Below, piece by piece: positions 18,438 to 28,900 of a stretch of DNA of 64,000 nt (position 1 is the first letter of the stretch; each line of letters begins with the position of its first letter). The DNA lies in IMG/VR virus record IMGVR_UViG_2851924183_000002, positions 10,130-74,129 of that record; one strand, written 5' to 3'. Below the pieces are notes generated by a model that worked only from the letters and a program-made list of their open reading frames with translations, did not search any database and was not told the DNA's origin. This stretch comes from a virus. Lineage: Duplodnaviria > Caudoviricetes. Both the position numbers and the translations under genes were made by a program.

Positions 18438-19199
18438 TCAAAAGCTACGTGGCTTAGGGCTTTCGCCAGTCACGAAACCATCAGGTAACAGCTCTTTAAG
18501 CACTTGTTTTGTGATATGGGGTGTACCTGCTTCTAACGCTTTTTCATTCAGCATTTCTAAATTGGTCGAAACACGTCGAGTCGATCCGCGCACTTGGGCA
18601 AGCAACTGTTCCAGTACAGGTGCATCAATCTGAAGTTGTGGCGCATAAATCGAAGCCAACAGCGTTACATCGTTCAGATCGGCAGGAAGGGCGGTGACCC
18701 AGTTCAAAATACGCCCATGAAAGCGCTCCCATTTCTCCAACTTACGCGCCAGCATTTCTTCACCGATGATCAAGAAAGTTCCTTGGCTGCCTTCGTAAAG
18801 ATCACGGATAATTTCGACTTTATTGCCCTGCACAAGATGGTCAAACTCATCAATGATCAGTGGTCGTCCAGACTTCGCCAGTTCACTGGTGGCAAGTTCC
18901 ATCATTTCTGAAAGTGTTGCAGGGTACGGGATACTCATTTCCCGCAATAGCGCTTGCAGAAAGGCTTTCTTGGTATAAGTACTTTTTACTTGAACATAAA
19001 AAGCATTGGTTTTGGTCGCCACATAGTTGGCTGCGGTAGACTTTCCAAATCCACTTGGACCATAAAAAGCGGAAATGCCTGGCAACAATGGATTGCGGTC
19101 CATGGTACGTTTCACCGCTTCATAGCACTGTGAAATATTTCGAATCTGAGCAATACCTGAGTTGGAAAAATTGACATCTGCATTCATTTGCATCACCAT
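18438..19199 (-). CDS. Transposition AAA+ ATPase (MuB analogue)
   Basis: GPSGFGKS Walker A, LIIDEFD Walker B; follows transposase. Confidence 0.9.
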   Translation of the reverse strand: MVMQMNADVNFSNSGIAQIRNISQCYEAVKRTMDRNPLLPGISAFYGPSGFGKSTAANYVATKTNAFYVQVKSTYTKKAFLQALLREMSIPYPATLSEMMELATSELAKSGRPLIIDEFDHLVQGNKVEIIRDLYEGSQGTFLIIGEEMLARKLEKWERFHGRILNWVTALPADLNDVTLLASIYAPQLQIDAPVLEQLLAQVRGSTRRVSTNLEMLNEKALEAGTPHITKQVLKELLPDGFVTGESPKPRSF

Positions 19200-19242
19200 A
19201 AAATAATAAGTTGTTTGTAATTAGTCGGTATTGCAGTACCGA

Positions 19243-21384
19243 CTAGCCTTGGCGCTGAGCTAAATATTTACTTAGTTCAGCGTCATCTTCTTCTAGTTGC
19301 TTAAACTTTTTAGATGTTTGATACATCTTCCAAAAGTTCTGATTTTCTTGTGATAGTTCATCACCTCCATTTATTTGCTTATCAAGTTCTATCCAGCGTT
19401 GAACTGGGCTTAAAGTATTCAGTGGCTCTGCGTTAACACTTGGCTCACTTACTACATCTTTGAAATAAATAGCTTCTGTCTCTTGTTTCACAGACAAAGC
19501 ATTCAGTTCTGCCATTAATTGCTCATGCTTATTGGCATTAAAAGGAATCACATTTTGGTTCTCTATATGTTCAATCACACGTTGCGGATTCACTTCTTGT
19601 AAAACCTCATCCTGTTTCAGAGCCAAACGACGTAGGCGACCATCAGCTCGTTTTTGACGTGCTTGTTCCACTTTAGTTTGTGGGAAGTAGGCGCGTTTAT
19701 TGGCATTCCAGTACGCATGGCAAATCAAGCGTCCATCTTCATCACGCACAGTAATGCGGTCAGCATTGTGGATGTCATAACCCACGAGTACAGTGTCACC
19801 GTGAAATTCTGCAAGCTCTTGACTAAAGTAACGGTTACCAAACAGCTCAATCTCACCACGTCGAACCTTACGTTCCTCATAAGGGCGGAACAGGTCTTCA
19901 GCGTCCCAATCTTCCACAAGGTCAATCGGTGCTCCCATGTCTAGCGCTTCATTCCATGCCTCTAACGGGCTTAAATGACGCTTTTTAAAAGTTACTGGGT
20001 CAGTAATACGCTTTAGGCTGCTATGCGGTTTATTGTTATAGTTGTTGACGACTTCATCAGCAAAAGCGAGAAAATCAGTCCAACTAATCAGGCTTTTTGA
20101 AACCCCAATTTGTCTAATTTCACTGCGGGTCAGCTTAAACATCTTATTACTAGCTTCTGCATCCATGTCCTTACCAATGTATGACGGTAATTTCTTGGCA
20201 GCTTTAACCCATAAGGTTTGGTGGCTACGTTCTATAAGTCCTTTCGCTTGCGAGTTATAAGGCAGGGCATGGCTCATTTCAGTATTCAAACGCGCCAATA
20301 CACCACGACCTTTTGCCCCCATCATTTGGTTCTTATAGCCTGAACCGTTATCCACATAAAAAATGGCTGGAATACCACACTCACAAGCACTCATGCGCAC
20401 TGCATCCAGTACGGCCCAACCACTTTCAGCTAGGTCTATCGACCAACCCACCATGCGACGTGTCGCCACATCAATGATTGCTGTAATTTCAGGTCGAAAA
20501 GGCTTGCCATGCATCGGGTGTGCAACTTCAGCATCAAAACAGTGACCATCTGCCGTATAAACATCAGTCGGTAAAAGCTGCTCTGTATCTCGACGGATAA
20601 ACGGCAGTAAATTTTTCAATTCACGATTGCCCATACGTCCGCGCTGTGCTTCTACATTGCCCATTTTTTCTTTAATAAAGCGATAAGCCTGGTTGTAAGT
20701 AGGGCAAGTCACGCCTTCTTTTAGGTAGTTTGGAAGCAATTCCAACACCGCTGGCAAAGTCGGCTTCTGTGGTTGAGCATAAAGTTTGAGTAAATCCATT
20801 GCCCAATCAGGTACATCTGACTGACGTGCTTTCGGTGCAAGCACACTCATCACATTAATCTTATGGGTCTCGGCATCTTCAACTGCTTTAATCCAATCGA
20901 ACACGCTACGACGGCTTACTGTACGATCTGCACCAGCCTTAGCATTTGCTTTGCTCACAGCATCCTGCATTTCAGCAGGTAATGTTTGAGCTTCAGCATC
21001 AGCAATAAACTTCTCAATTGCTGGAGTCTTTTTCGTACCTTGTTTAATTTGCTGTTGGATATAACGCACAACAAATAAACGGTTTTCAGCCACTTCACGT
21101 TGCCAATTCAATAAAGTAGTTGGTTCCTGAAGTTCAACTTGAGTACTTAATTCGGTACTTTTTTCAGTAACAATGAGTTCGCTTTTAATCTCACCAATAG
21201 AAATTAAAGTTCTTAATTCGCTACTAATTTCGTATTCCTTTCGGATTCCGCCTTTTCCTCTGCTTGGAACTTCTCTATACTTCCAATTATTAGCTTTAAC
21301 TAGATATTCCCAACCTCTTCGCGTGGTTGGGCAACCATCTAGGTTTAACGCTAATAGATCAGCAATGCTGTAATGCGTTTTCAT
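19243..21384 (-). CDS. Mu-type DDE transposase
   Basis: N-terminal Mu HTH (GKGG..KEY), YTADGH, FYVDNGSGY, KGLIER, Mu transposase C-terminal domain. Confidence 0.95.
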   Translation of the reverse strand: MKTHYSIADLLALNLDGCPTTRRGWEYLVKANNWKYREVPSRGKGGIRKEYEISSELRTLISIGEIKSELIVTEKSTELSTQVELQEPTTLLNWQREVAENRLFVVRYIQQQIKQGTKKTPAIEKFIADAEAQTLPAEMQDAVSKANAKAGADRTVSRRSVFDWIKAVEDAETHKINVMSVLAPKARQSDVPDWAMDLLKLYAQPQKPTLPAVLELLPNYLKEGVTCPTYNQAYRFIKEKMGNVEAQRGRMGNRELKNLLPFIRRDTEQLLPTDVYTADGHCFDAEVAHPMHGKPFRPEITAIIDVATRRMVGWSIDLAESGWAVLDAVRMSACECGIPAIFYVDNGSGYKNQMMGAKGRGVLARLNTEMSHALPYNSQAKGLIERSHQTLWVKAAKKLPSYIGKDMDAEASNKMFKLTRSEIRQIGVSKSLISWTDFLAFADEVVNNYNNKPHSSLKRITDPVTFKKRHLSPLEAWNEALDMGAPIDLVEDWDAEDLFRPYEERKVRRGEIELFGNRYFSQELAEFHGDTVLVGYDIHNADRITVRDEDGRLICHAYWNANKRAYFPQTKVEQARQKRADGRLRRLALKQDEVLQEVNPQRVIEHIENQNVIPFNANKHEQLMAELNALSVKQETEAIYFKDVVSEPSVNAEPLNTLSPVQRWIELDKQINGGDELSQENQNFWKMYQTSKKFKQLEEDDAELSKYLAQRQG

Positions 21385-21653
21385 AAAGCACATTCCTTGT
21401 TGCTGTAACGTGGGTATATACGTTTGTTATCAATCGTCCAACGGTCTGGAAATAGCTCGTGCAAAGGTTTTCCCAGAAAGTTAGAGATAACAATCTCGCC
21501 CTTTTTGCTTGGGTGATACAGTGCATTACGAACTGTCCTGTCAGACATTCCGTAATCTTTTGCAAGCTGAGTAACGCTCTTTCCACGACGTTTAATCTCA
21601 GCTTCAATACTGTATCTATCCCATTGTTCTGTGGGGTTTTGCTCTAATCCCAT
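21381..21653 (-). CDS. ner: Ner-like HTH regulator
   Basis: WDRYSIEAEIKRRGKSVTQLA...ISNFLGKPLHELFPDRW; AAGGAG RBS before ATG 21653. Confidence 0.88.
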   Translation of the reverse strand: MGLEQNPTEQWDRYSIEAEIKRRGKSVTQLAKDYGMSDRTVRNALYHPSKKGEIVISNFLGKPLHELFPDRWTIDNKRIYPRYSNKECAL

Positions 21654-21720
21654 GTGAACTCCTTGCCTTTTTAGGCATTTTTTTAACTCGCTAGATTGGG
21701 TAATTACCCTTTCTAAACAA

Positions 21721-21774
21721 AAGATACTTCGTAAAAACTTCGTAGTCAACACTTCGTAATTCAAATTACGAAGT
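21721..21774 (-). promoter_or_regulatory. Early promoter with repressor operator repeats
   Basis: TTGACT-17-TATCTT on minus strand; ACTTCGTA at 21726, 21737, 21751 and inverted at 21767. Confidence 0.75.
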
Positions 21775-21796
21775 ATTTTTTGAAGGATATTTCTAA

Positions 21797-22711
21797 ATGA
21801 TTGATAAAAAACAGAATAAAGAATTTCGTAATTTTGATTTTGGAACTGTCCATACTTCGCAATTCAAGGAGTTTAATTGCGAAGACGAATTAACACCTAT
21901 TCAGGCTCGTATGTATTTTTTGATGATCAACAGTTCTATGCCTAGAAGTCCTGATGAGTCTTTATATGGTTGGTGCGGGCGTATAGGCTTATCAAATTCA
22001 ACAATTTTTGGAATTTTTAAAAAGAATAATAAAAATATGCACTTATCCGTTGCACAGAAAATTTCTGAAGCCACTGGTGCAAATATTGATTGGGTACAGA
22101 AGGGAATTGGGGAGCCGTTTGAGCAACAAGAAACTAAGCTGCTCGAAGAAATCAAACCGCTAGATACAGTTTCACGAGATCACCACGATGATGGTGTTGA
22201 AATAGGAAAACTTACTAAGAAAAATGACTACATTAATAGCGAAGGTATGAGCCTACACTATTTACGAGAAGCCGTTCGAATTCATAGAGATATCTGTAGC
22301 TCGGCTCGTTCTTCTGAACGAGGCGAATTTGAAAATGGAGAAATGTTTTTACATATATATGAATATTTAGTGGGTAAAACTGAAAATAGGTTGCGTTATC
22401 CAATAGAGATTGCATTTGTTATTGTAGAAAAGGCTTTAAAGAACATCTCAGATGATAAGACTAGGCTGTCAAATAGGTGGATGGCAATGATCATATCTAG
22501 TGTTGCAGAATCTCTTCCGCATAAAATCTCTGTTTTTTCAAATAGATTTTCTAGCTATGACAATAGAAGTCATCATTTTTATATGGATATTCACGAGACA
22601 AGAAATTTTATTCGTAATGAATGGAGTGATGAGTTATTTCAGTATGAAGTAATCAATAACTTAATAGAAGAAACATTGAACTATTATGAATATCTCACTA
22701 ATGAAAGATAA
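21797..22711 (+). CDS. Prophage repressor (HTH), atypical C-terminus
   Basis: Divergent from ner at the phage end; LYGWCGRIGLSNSTIFGIF...ISEATGANIDWVQKGIG HTH; start codon uncertain. Confidence 0.7.
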   Translation: MIDKKQNKEFRNFDFGTVHTSQFKEFNCEDELTPIQARMYFLMINSSMPRSPDESLYGWCGRIGLSNSTIFGIFKKNNKNMHLSVAQKISEATGANIDWVQKGIGEPFEQQETKLLEEIKPLDTVSRDHHDDGVEIGKLTKKNDYINSEGMSLHYLREAVRIHRDICSSARSSERGEFENGEMFLHIYEYLVGKTENRLRYPIEIAFVIVEKALKNISDDKTRLSNRWMAMIISSVAESLPHKISVFSNRFSSYDNRSHHFYMDIHETRNFIRNEWSDELFQYEVINNLIEETLNYYEYLTNER

Positions 22712-22713
22712 TT

Positions 22714-22915
22714 AGTGCAAAATGAAAACTAAAAAAAAGACTAATCCAAAGAAATCCTAAAATTCAGTGCAAAATAAAGGGCAAATCAAGTTAATCCTGG
22801 TTTGCCCTTAAAAAATCTTCAAATGCTTGTCAGCTCTAGCTTTCATCCCACATCATCTCAGAACTTCCCGAATCTTCCCATATCAGTCCAGTGCAGAATC
22901 AATTAATAACTCACA
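22714..22915. repeat. Mu-like left end: transposase boxes and terminal CA
   Basis: AGTGCAAAAT at 22714 and 22766, AGTGCAGAAT at 22890; ...AATAACTCACA ending at 22915. Confidence 0.75.
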
Positions 22916-22945
22916 CTTCCCCAGAAATGCACCAAGATTTCCCCA

Positions 22946-23971
22946 ATGAAAATCCCAAAGCCCGTAAAAAGAGGCGATGTTTACCGTATTCAAATCCAAA
23001 TTGATGGAAAAAGAATCTCCTGTACCCGTGACACTATTAAAGAATGTGAGCATTGGGCTGCGACAAAATTTTTAGAGTCAAAAATTGCTACGAAAGAAGT
23101 AGAGCAAGGGATAAAGCCTAAATTTACCTTTAGAGAGTTGGTCGATCATTATTATGAGCACGTTGGCCAGTTTAGGGAGTCCAAGAGTTCAAGGAATTGG
23201 ATTAAAGGACAGGTTAGTACCTTTGATGAGAAATTTGGCTTTCTGTCTGGTACATCGGTACATGATATTTCTCCCAAGCAATTAACCAACTGGCGTAATC
23301 GACGTTTGACTCAAGTTGGGGCAAATACTGTTTTAAAAGAGATCTCTTTTTATAGCGCAATTTTTACCTATGCTCAGAAAGAGCTATTTCTACTCGATGA
23401 CAATCAATGGATGCTCATTACCAAGCCGAAGAAACCTAAGGCCAGATCTCGACGGATCCATCCGTCTGAAGTTGCACTGGTGCTGAAAGCACTAGATTAT
23501 GAAGTCGGTGATACACCGGTTTTACCGCAGCACTATGTTGCTTGGGGTTTCTTATTTGCCTTAGAAACTGCCTTACGTCGTGGTGAGCTGATTTCACTAG
23601 AAAAGAAGGATGTGCATGAACGTCATATTCATCTGCCTAAAACAAAAAATGGTGAACCGCGCAATGTACCTTTGTCTGAAGAAGCCAGGGCACTACTCGA
23701 TTTAATTAAACATGATGGAAAGAAAGTTATTCCACAGACTGAAAATGCCTTTCGGTTGATGTGGGAAAAGAGAAAAGCAGCGATTGGTCTGAATGGTTTG
23801 CACTTTCATGATACGCGCCATGAGGCGATTACGCGTATGGTACGGGTGCGTAAATTGCCAGTAGAGATTTTAGCGAAAATTACTGGCCATAAGAAAATTG
23901 AAGTCTTGGTAAATACTTACTACAACCCAAATGCTGAAGATTTGGTGGAAGCATTTAATCGAGAAAATTAA
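22946..23971 (+). CDS. int: Tyrosine integrase
   Basis: ETALRRGE (R), TKNG (K), FHDTRH (HxxR), TGH...YY. Confidence 0.95.
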   Translation: MKIPKPVKRGDVYRIQIQIDGKRISCTRDTIKECEHWAATKFLESKIATKEVEQGIKPKFTFRELVDHYYEHVGQFRESKSSRNWIKGQVSTFDEKFGFLSGTSVHDISPKQLTNWRNRRLTQVGANTVLKEISFYSAIFTYAQKELFLLDDNQWMLITKPKKPKARSRRIHPSEVALVLKALDYEVGDTPVLPQHYVAWGFLFALETALRRGELISLEKKDVHERHIHLPKTKNGEPRNVPLSEEARALLDLIKHDGKKVIPQTENAFRLMWEKRKAAIGLNGLHFHDTRHEAITRMVRVRKLPVEILAKITGHKKIEVLVNTYYNPNAEDLVEAFNREN

Positions 23972-24005
23972 ACCCGCACAAGGCGGGTATTTTTAATTCT
24001 TTTAC

Positions 24006-24284
24006 TTAGTTTTTTCTACGGTTATGGGTGCGTGTGTTCTTGGTGAGCATGGCATCTGCCATTTCTGGATCGTATAAATGTTTCCCACAAGTTCCCTGGT
24101 TAATAGTGGCCAGTTTGGTTCTAACGGTCGTGTTAGATAAACCATACTTTTTAGCAAGTTCTGATGCCGACACGAGTTTACGTTTACCCAAATTTAATGC
24201 AGTCACTTTGCCACCAAAAAGCTTTTGCCCCAATAAAATTTCAGGTGCTCGGTCGGCTTCAACCGTAATCACATACTCAGCCAT
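24006..24284 (-). CDS. Excisionase-like DNA-binding protein
   Basis: Convergent with int; SASELAKKYGLSNTTVRTKL HTH. Confidence 0.65.
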   Translation of the reverse strand: MAEYVITVEADRAPEILLGQKLFGGKVTALNLGKRKLVSASELAKKYGLSNTTVRTKLATINQGTCGKHLYDPEMADAMLTKNTRTHNRRKN

Positions 24285-24359
24285 TTATGCCTCCCTGTTT
24301 TTCTATTGCGTGAAATTGTGCATGAGTTAAGTCTATAGATTTACTGTTGTTTTGTATTT

Positions 24360-26994
24360 TCATGAGTTTGGGCTTCCTGAAATGGCAGGATTTTGGAATA
24401 TCCAACAACGAACGGTATGTTCGCGTAAGGTTTTGTCCTCCAGGGCATTCTTAACTTCATCTGCTGGATAACGGTGGCTTTTAACTACTCGGCTCTTGTC
24501 GACAAATTTATAGCGTCGGCTGGCGGTTAAAAGATTCTTCATTTCTTTAATGTCTGGGAGCTGCTGATAGTTCTTCGCAGCGACTTTGTAGACTTCGTTC
24601 AAGTTGATGGCAATTTGATGTGCGTCATGGTCAAAATGGTTAATAGAAAACTCGGTAGACCGGCTTGAATTGAGGTATTCGTAAACGTCCCAAAATTGCT
24701 CCACCAATGGATGGTCACCATTGAGCTGTTTCACACGTTCATGCGCCATATCGAGTAGCATGTCTTGGGCTGCACAGACTTCTTCAAGGTCAATGACGTC
24801 ATGCAAAATGTGTTTGGCCACAGCATCTATGAGTGCCGAAACCTGTGCATGGCAAAGGGCAATACGTGTATGGGTAATGCCATTGTTATGAAACTCTTTT
24901 TCGGTTTGCTCTAGTTTTTCGGCATAGGTTTTAAGAAAGGCGTCCTCATGACGGAGGCAATGGGTCATGTAGGTGCAAAGTACGTGTCAGAATTGCTTCA
25001 GATGCCTGAATAGCGGTGTTTTGGCTAATCATGATTGCACCACGAAACGGAGGCTCATAGGTCTCATTTCCTGCGGTTTTTAAGCCTTTTGAGCGAATTG
25101 CACGGCCGTTATAGGCGTCTTTTAATTCATCCCATGAAAACTTAGGCTTACCCACAGAATTACCGTTTTGGTCGTTACGGTCGCCCTCAATGAGTACGAC
25201 AGGTAAGTTTGAGATTTGAGCAAAGTTACGATACACCGCAACATTGGTCGATTTGTTTGCATCGAAACCTTCATAGTCTGGTCGACCTGAAAGTTTCCAC
25301 ATAAATTCGATTAAACGTGACTTACCTGCACCCGCTTCACCGACGATTTCTATAAAGGGGAAAGAGCTGTGCATAGTGCGGATTTGCTCGGCAAAATATG
25401 AGCCTGTCCACCATGCTAAAGCGACCAGACCTTTGGCACCACGCACGCGGTAGAAGTCTTTCCACCATGTCGGTTTAAATGTGGACTTTGGGTTTAACTG
25501 AACATTTGGACTGTTGGCCAAGGTTTTTAATTCGATACGTCCGACTTTGTAGAAGTCATGGTCATTTATGTCGATGACATGTCCTTTATAAACCGCGTGT
25601 TTGTTGAAAATATAGGCCTGATATTCTTTGCTGTAGCCAATAAAGTCGATGGTTTTAACTTCACGTAAACGCTCGGTTTGATTTTTCATGAAGGTGAGTA
25701 GTTGATGGTCATTCCCCGTCCACCATGCACCTACCTGGACCGACAATAAACGCGGGGCAAACTTACCCCGTGCGGAAATTTGGTCTGCGGTAAAGGTCGC
25801 TTTGGCCTCGCTCTCCGGGTTTAAAATTTGGAAGTAGTACCAGGACTCATCGGTTATTTCATTCCGCTGAAAATACAGAGGGTTGAGCTGTCGATTACAG
25901 ATTTCGGAAACCGCAGCACACTGCTGGAGTGCGAGCTCTCGTTTTTGGTTATCGAGAAGTAAATCGCGCTCTGGATCTGCCTCGATGCGTTCCAGTTCTT
26001 TAGTGTATTTGTCCATGTCGAGATTAAACCAGTACAAGCGGAAGTTATGAATAAACCAAAAGGTTTTTCTACGAGCATCTTTATAGTTATAGATGAGTAG
26101 ACCTGCTTGCTCAGGTGATTCAGCTATGTGCAGTTCGCCATAATGTTTGTACTGGTCACGGTATTCGGAGTGCAGTTGGTCGCGTTGGTAGAGGTCGTTC
26201 CAGTCTAACTGACCAGATGGCAGGGCTGCGGTGGAGTTCCACTTTTCCTGTAATGCACGGAGGTGAAACTTCTTAATGGCTTTTTTGCCCGCTTTGTCGT
26301 TATCAAAAGCCCAACGTAGGCGCGGTCGGTCTTTTTTAAGTTCGATACAACGGTCGGTAATTTGCTTGAGAATGAGGCTTGGATAGTTTGAGGTCGAAAG
26401 CGTAGCAATACTTGGTTGTTTGCTAAAACTCAGGGCAATTGCGTTAAAAATACCTTCTGTAATCCAAATAGACTGTGCATTACACAGGGTGTCGAGCTGT
26501 TCTAACGTCCATGCATGTCCTTCGTACTTACCAATAAAGTTTGCTTTTTGACGTCCGAAGCGCTCTGGACGGTCGATAAAGCGTTCCCAATAAATACCAC
26601 TTGCCAGTTTAAAGCGAATGGTTGCGGTGACTTCGTTTGGGTATTTGAGGTCGTTTCTAAAGAGTTCCTGCGTGTACAGACCTTTGAGCATGTTTGGGTC
26701 GAAACCACGGGCATGGAGTAGGTAGGCATCTGCTGCGGCATTTGGATTTTCTTTGGTACGCGGAAAGTCTTTTGACCAGTCTTTAAAAAGGTCTTCGCAG
26801 ATTTCTTTGACGTGTTCTTCATATCCGCATTTGTTTAAGCGGGCGCACTTGACCACACGCGGGTTGACTGCATGTGTGTAGAGTTCTTTTTTACCGCAGT
26901 TCGGGCAGATGCCTTGACGATACCATTCTCCAACGCGTTTAAAGCTGAAGAGCTGATTCAGTTTTTCGTCTATGAGAACGTGAATATTTGACAT
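24360..26994 (-). pseudogene. Zn-finger/TOPRIM/helicase replication protein split into two overlapping ORFs (24946..26994 and 24360..24968)
   Basis: CPNCGKKEL Zn finger, ITEGIFNA and AFDND TOPRIM, GEAGAGKS Walker A; frame changes at 24967-24977. Confidence 0.8.
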
Positions 26995-27086
26995 TTAGAC
27001 CCACTAAAATTTAACGGCTTAACTGTTTGAGTTTGTGTATTTTTTTGCATTTTTGTAGCAATGCGATGTTTATTAAAATGCTTTCA

Positions 27087-27278
27087 TTACAATTGCGCAT
27101 CGCTTGGAGGGTCTTGTAGTTCGGGATGATGTTTCACCATAAAGTCACGGATATAGATGGCAATTTTGGTGTCATTTTCGAATGCAATTTTCTTGAGGGC
27201 TTTTAACTGTTTTTTCGTCCAACGCACTTGGGTTAGTTCGGTGTGTTTTGGTTTTGTTTGAATGTTTGTTGAAGTCAT
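27087..27278 (-). CDS. Small Cro/Cox-position DNA-binding protein (RHH-like)
   Basis: Divergent from cI; TQVRWTKKQLKALKKIAFENDTKIAIYIRD. Confidence 0.65.
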   Translation of the reverse strand: MTSTNIQTKPKHTELTQVRWTKKQLKALKKIAFENDTKIAIYIRDFMVKHHPELQDPPSDAQL

Positions 27279-27370
27279 GCGAAAATCACCATAAATCGTA
27301 CTTAGATACTTAGTGTTTCTAAATTTAGTACTATTTATGATGCTTTATAAGTGCTTTTTTAGGAAAAAGT

Positions 27371-27712
27371 ATGAAAAATGATGATTTAAATACTCGCGGT
27401 ACACGTTTGCGAGATGAACGGAAGCGTTTGGGGATACAAACTCAAGAAGAACTTGCGGAAATACTTGGGGTAAAAAAGAACTCTATTGGACGTTTTGAGA
27501 AGCACAATGAGCCGCTGAATACTGACTATTTAGACAAGCTCGAAGCTCACGGGTTTAATATTCATTTTATTTTATGGGGTGAACAACCTGTAAAAAGTGG
27601 GGAGCTCTCTGAGGCTGAAGTAAAGCTAATAGAGCTGTACCGTCAGACGCGTGAAGAAATGCGTGGGGGATTAGTTTCACTTATTGAAACTTATGCGAAT
27701 CAATTTAAATAA
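27371..27712 (+). CDS. XRE-family immunity repressor
   Basis: RLRDERKRLGIQTQEELAEILGVKKNSIGRFE...FNIHFILWG. Confidence 0.9.
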   Translation: MKNDDLNTRGTRLRDERKRLGIQTQEELAEILGVKKNSIGRFEKHNEPLNTDYLDKLEAHGFNIHFILWGEQPVKSGELSEAEVKLIELYRQTREEMRGGLVSLIETYANQFK

Positions 27713-27732
27713 TTTTTAAATCACTAATAAAT

Positions 27733-28671
27733 ATGTCAATAATTTTACAAGTATCTGCGTGGGTAATTTTAGCAGTTGGTTTTTTTGCACTGGGTCATAA
27801 GTTTTTTCCAAATTTAAAAAATTGGTTTACTACAGGAAAAGTTAGCTATGTTTGGTTAATTTCAATCACTTTAGGTTTGTTTGTATTGCTGACATATCCA
27901 ATTTTTTTCAATTGGTGGGCAGTAAATTTCTGGAATGTTCCTGAAAATGAACTTACAGATTTTACTAAATTAGGACCACTTGGTGATATTTATGGAAGTT
28001 TGAATACAATAGTTTCATCTATTGCATTATGTGCAATTGCATTCACTACTTATCTTCAAGTTATTTCCTTAAAGGAAACAAGAAAAATTACTACTGAGCA
28101 AATGGATGAATCTAGAAATGCAATTTTTGCGACTAAATTTTATGCATTACTTAACTACAAAGATGAGAAGTTAAAAACACTAAGTGTAAAGAGAGATGGG
28201 ATTGAATATTTTGGATGTCAAATTTTTGATTTTTATTTTTGTTACTTTGATAACCTCTTTAAAAAAGAGTGGAAGGAATTAACTACATATATTGAGCAGG
28301 ATATATATTCCCACATAAGAAAGTGTGATTTAGAAGTAAACGATGGAAAAGAATTTTCTGATTGGTATGCACATTTTTTACAAATAGCTAATTTAATTGA
28401 TTTTATTAATACAAGCGATTTAACAGAGAAAGATAAAGACTTTTATTTTAATGTATTACGCTCGTCAATGACGATGAGAGAGCAAATAACTTTATTTTGG
28501 ATTGCACCTGTAACACCTCAAGTTTACGCTAAGTTAAAAAATGGCAGAATATTTAATCTATTTTTTAACAAAAAACTCGTTCACTATGGAATACAGTTTT
28601 ACCAAGATAAAAATTTTGAATCTTTTAATTGGCAAAAAGTATTCGATGAAAAAAAAGAAACCCTAGCCTAA
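27733..28671 (+). CDS. Membrane-anchored putative abortive infection protein (putAbiC-like)
   Basis: LGPLGDIYGSLNTIVS, FATKFYALL, YFNVLRSSMTMREQITLFW; AT-rich. Confidence 0.65.
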   Translation: MSIILQVSAWVILAVGFFALGHKFFPNLKNWFTTGKVSYVWLISITLGLFVLLTYPIFFNWWAVNFWNVPENELTDFTKLGPLGDIYGSLNTIVSSIALCAIAFTTYLQVISLKETRKITTEQMDESRNAIFATKFYALLNYKDEKLKTLSVKRDGIEYFGCQIFDFYFCYFDNLFKKEWKELTTYIEQDIYSHIRKCDLEVNDGKEFSDWYAHFLQIANLIDFINTSDLTEKDKDFYFNVLRSSMTMREQITLFWIAPVTPQVYAKLKNGRIFNLFFNKKLVHYGIQFYQDKNFESFNWQKVFDEKKETLA

Positions 28672-28684
28672 GCTAGGGTTTTCC

Positions 28685-28900
28685 TCATTTATTCTTTACC
28701 GCCTTTGAGATTTGGGCGACTTGATAGTGAAGTGTGTTGAATAGAGCCGTTAATTCTTCACCCGTGAGTGGGTGGTCTAAATGCATTTTTGTGAGTGCGG
28801 AAAGCATTAGTTCTAAGTTTTCAATTGGGAATTTAACTTCTTCCAGTATTTGTTCGGCAGTCATGTCTTTATGGCTGTTAATTTCTATTGTTGAGTGCAT
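28685..28900 (-). CDS. Hypothetical helical protein
   Basis: 71 aa with GGGGAG RBS; shares the bidirectional terminator at 28658-28683. Confidence 0.65.
   Translation of the reverse strand: MHSTIEINSHKDMTAEQILEEVKFPIENLELMLSALTKMHLDHPLTGEELTALFNTLHYQVAQISKAVKNK

Larger units (their letters stand above)
1..22915 (-). mobile_element. Mu/B3-like transposable prophage, left half (continues beyond window start)
   Basis: Mu gene order: repressor/ner/DDE transposase/AAA ATPase/early genes/Mor/lysis/gp27-28/portal/F/G/I/T/gp36/gp37/sheath/tube; terminal CA at 22914-22915 preceded by three AGTGCA(A/G)AAT boxes. Confidence 0.93.
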
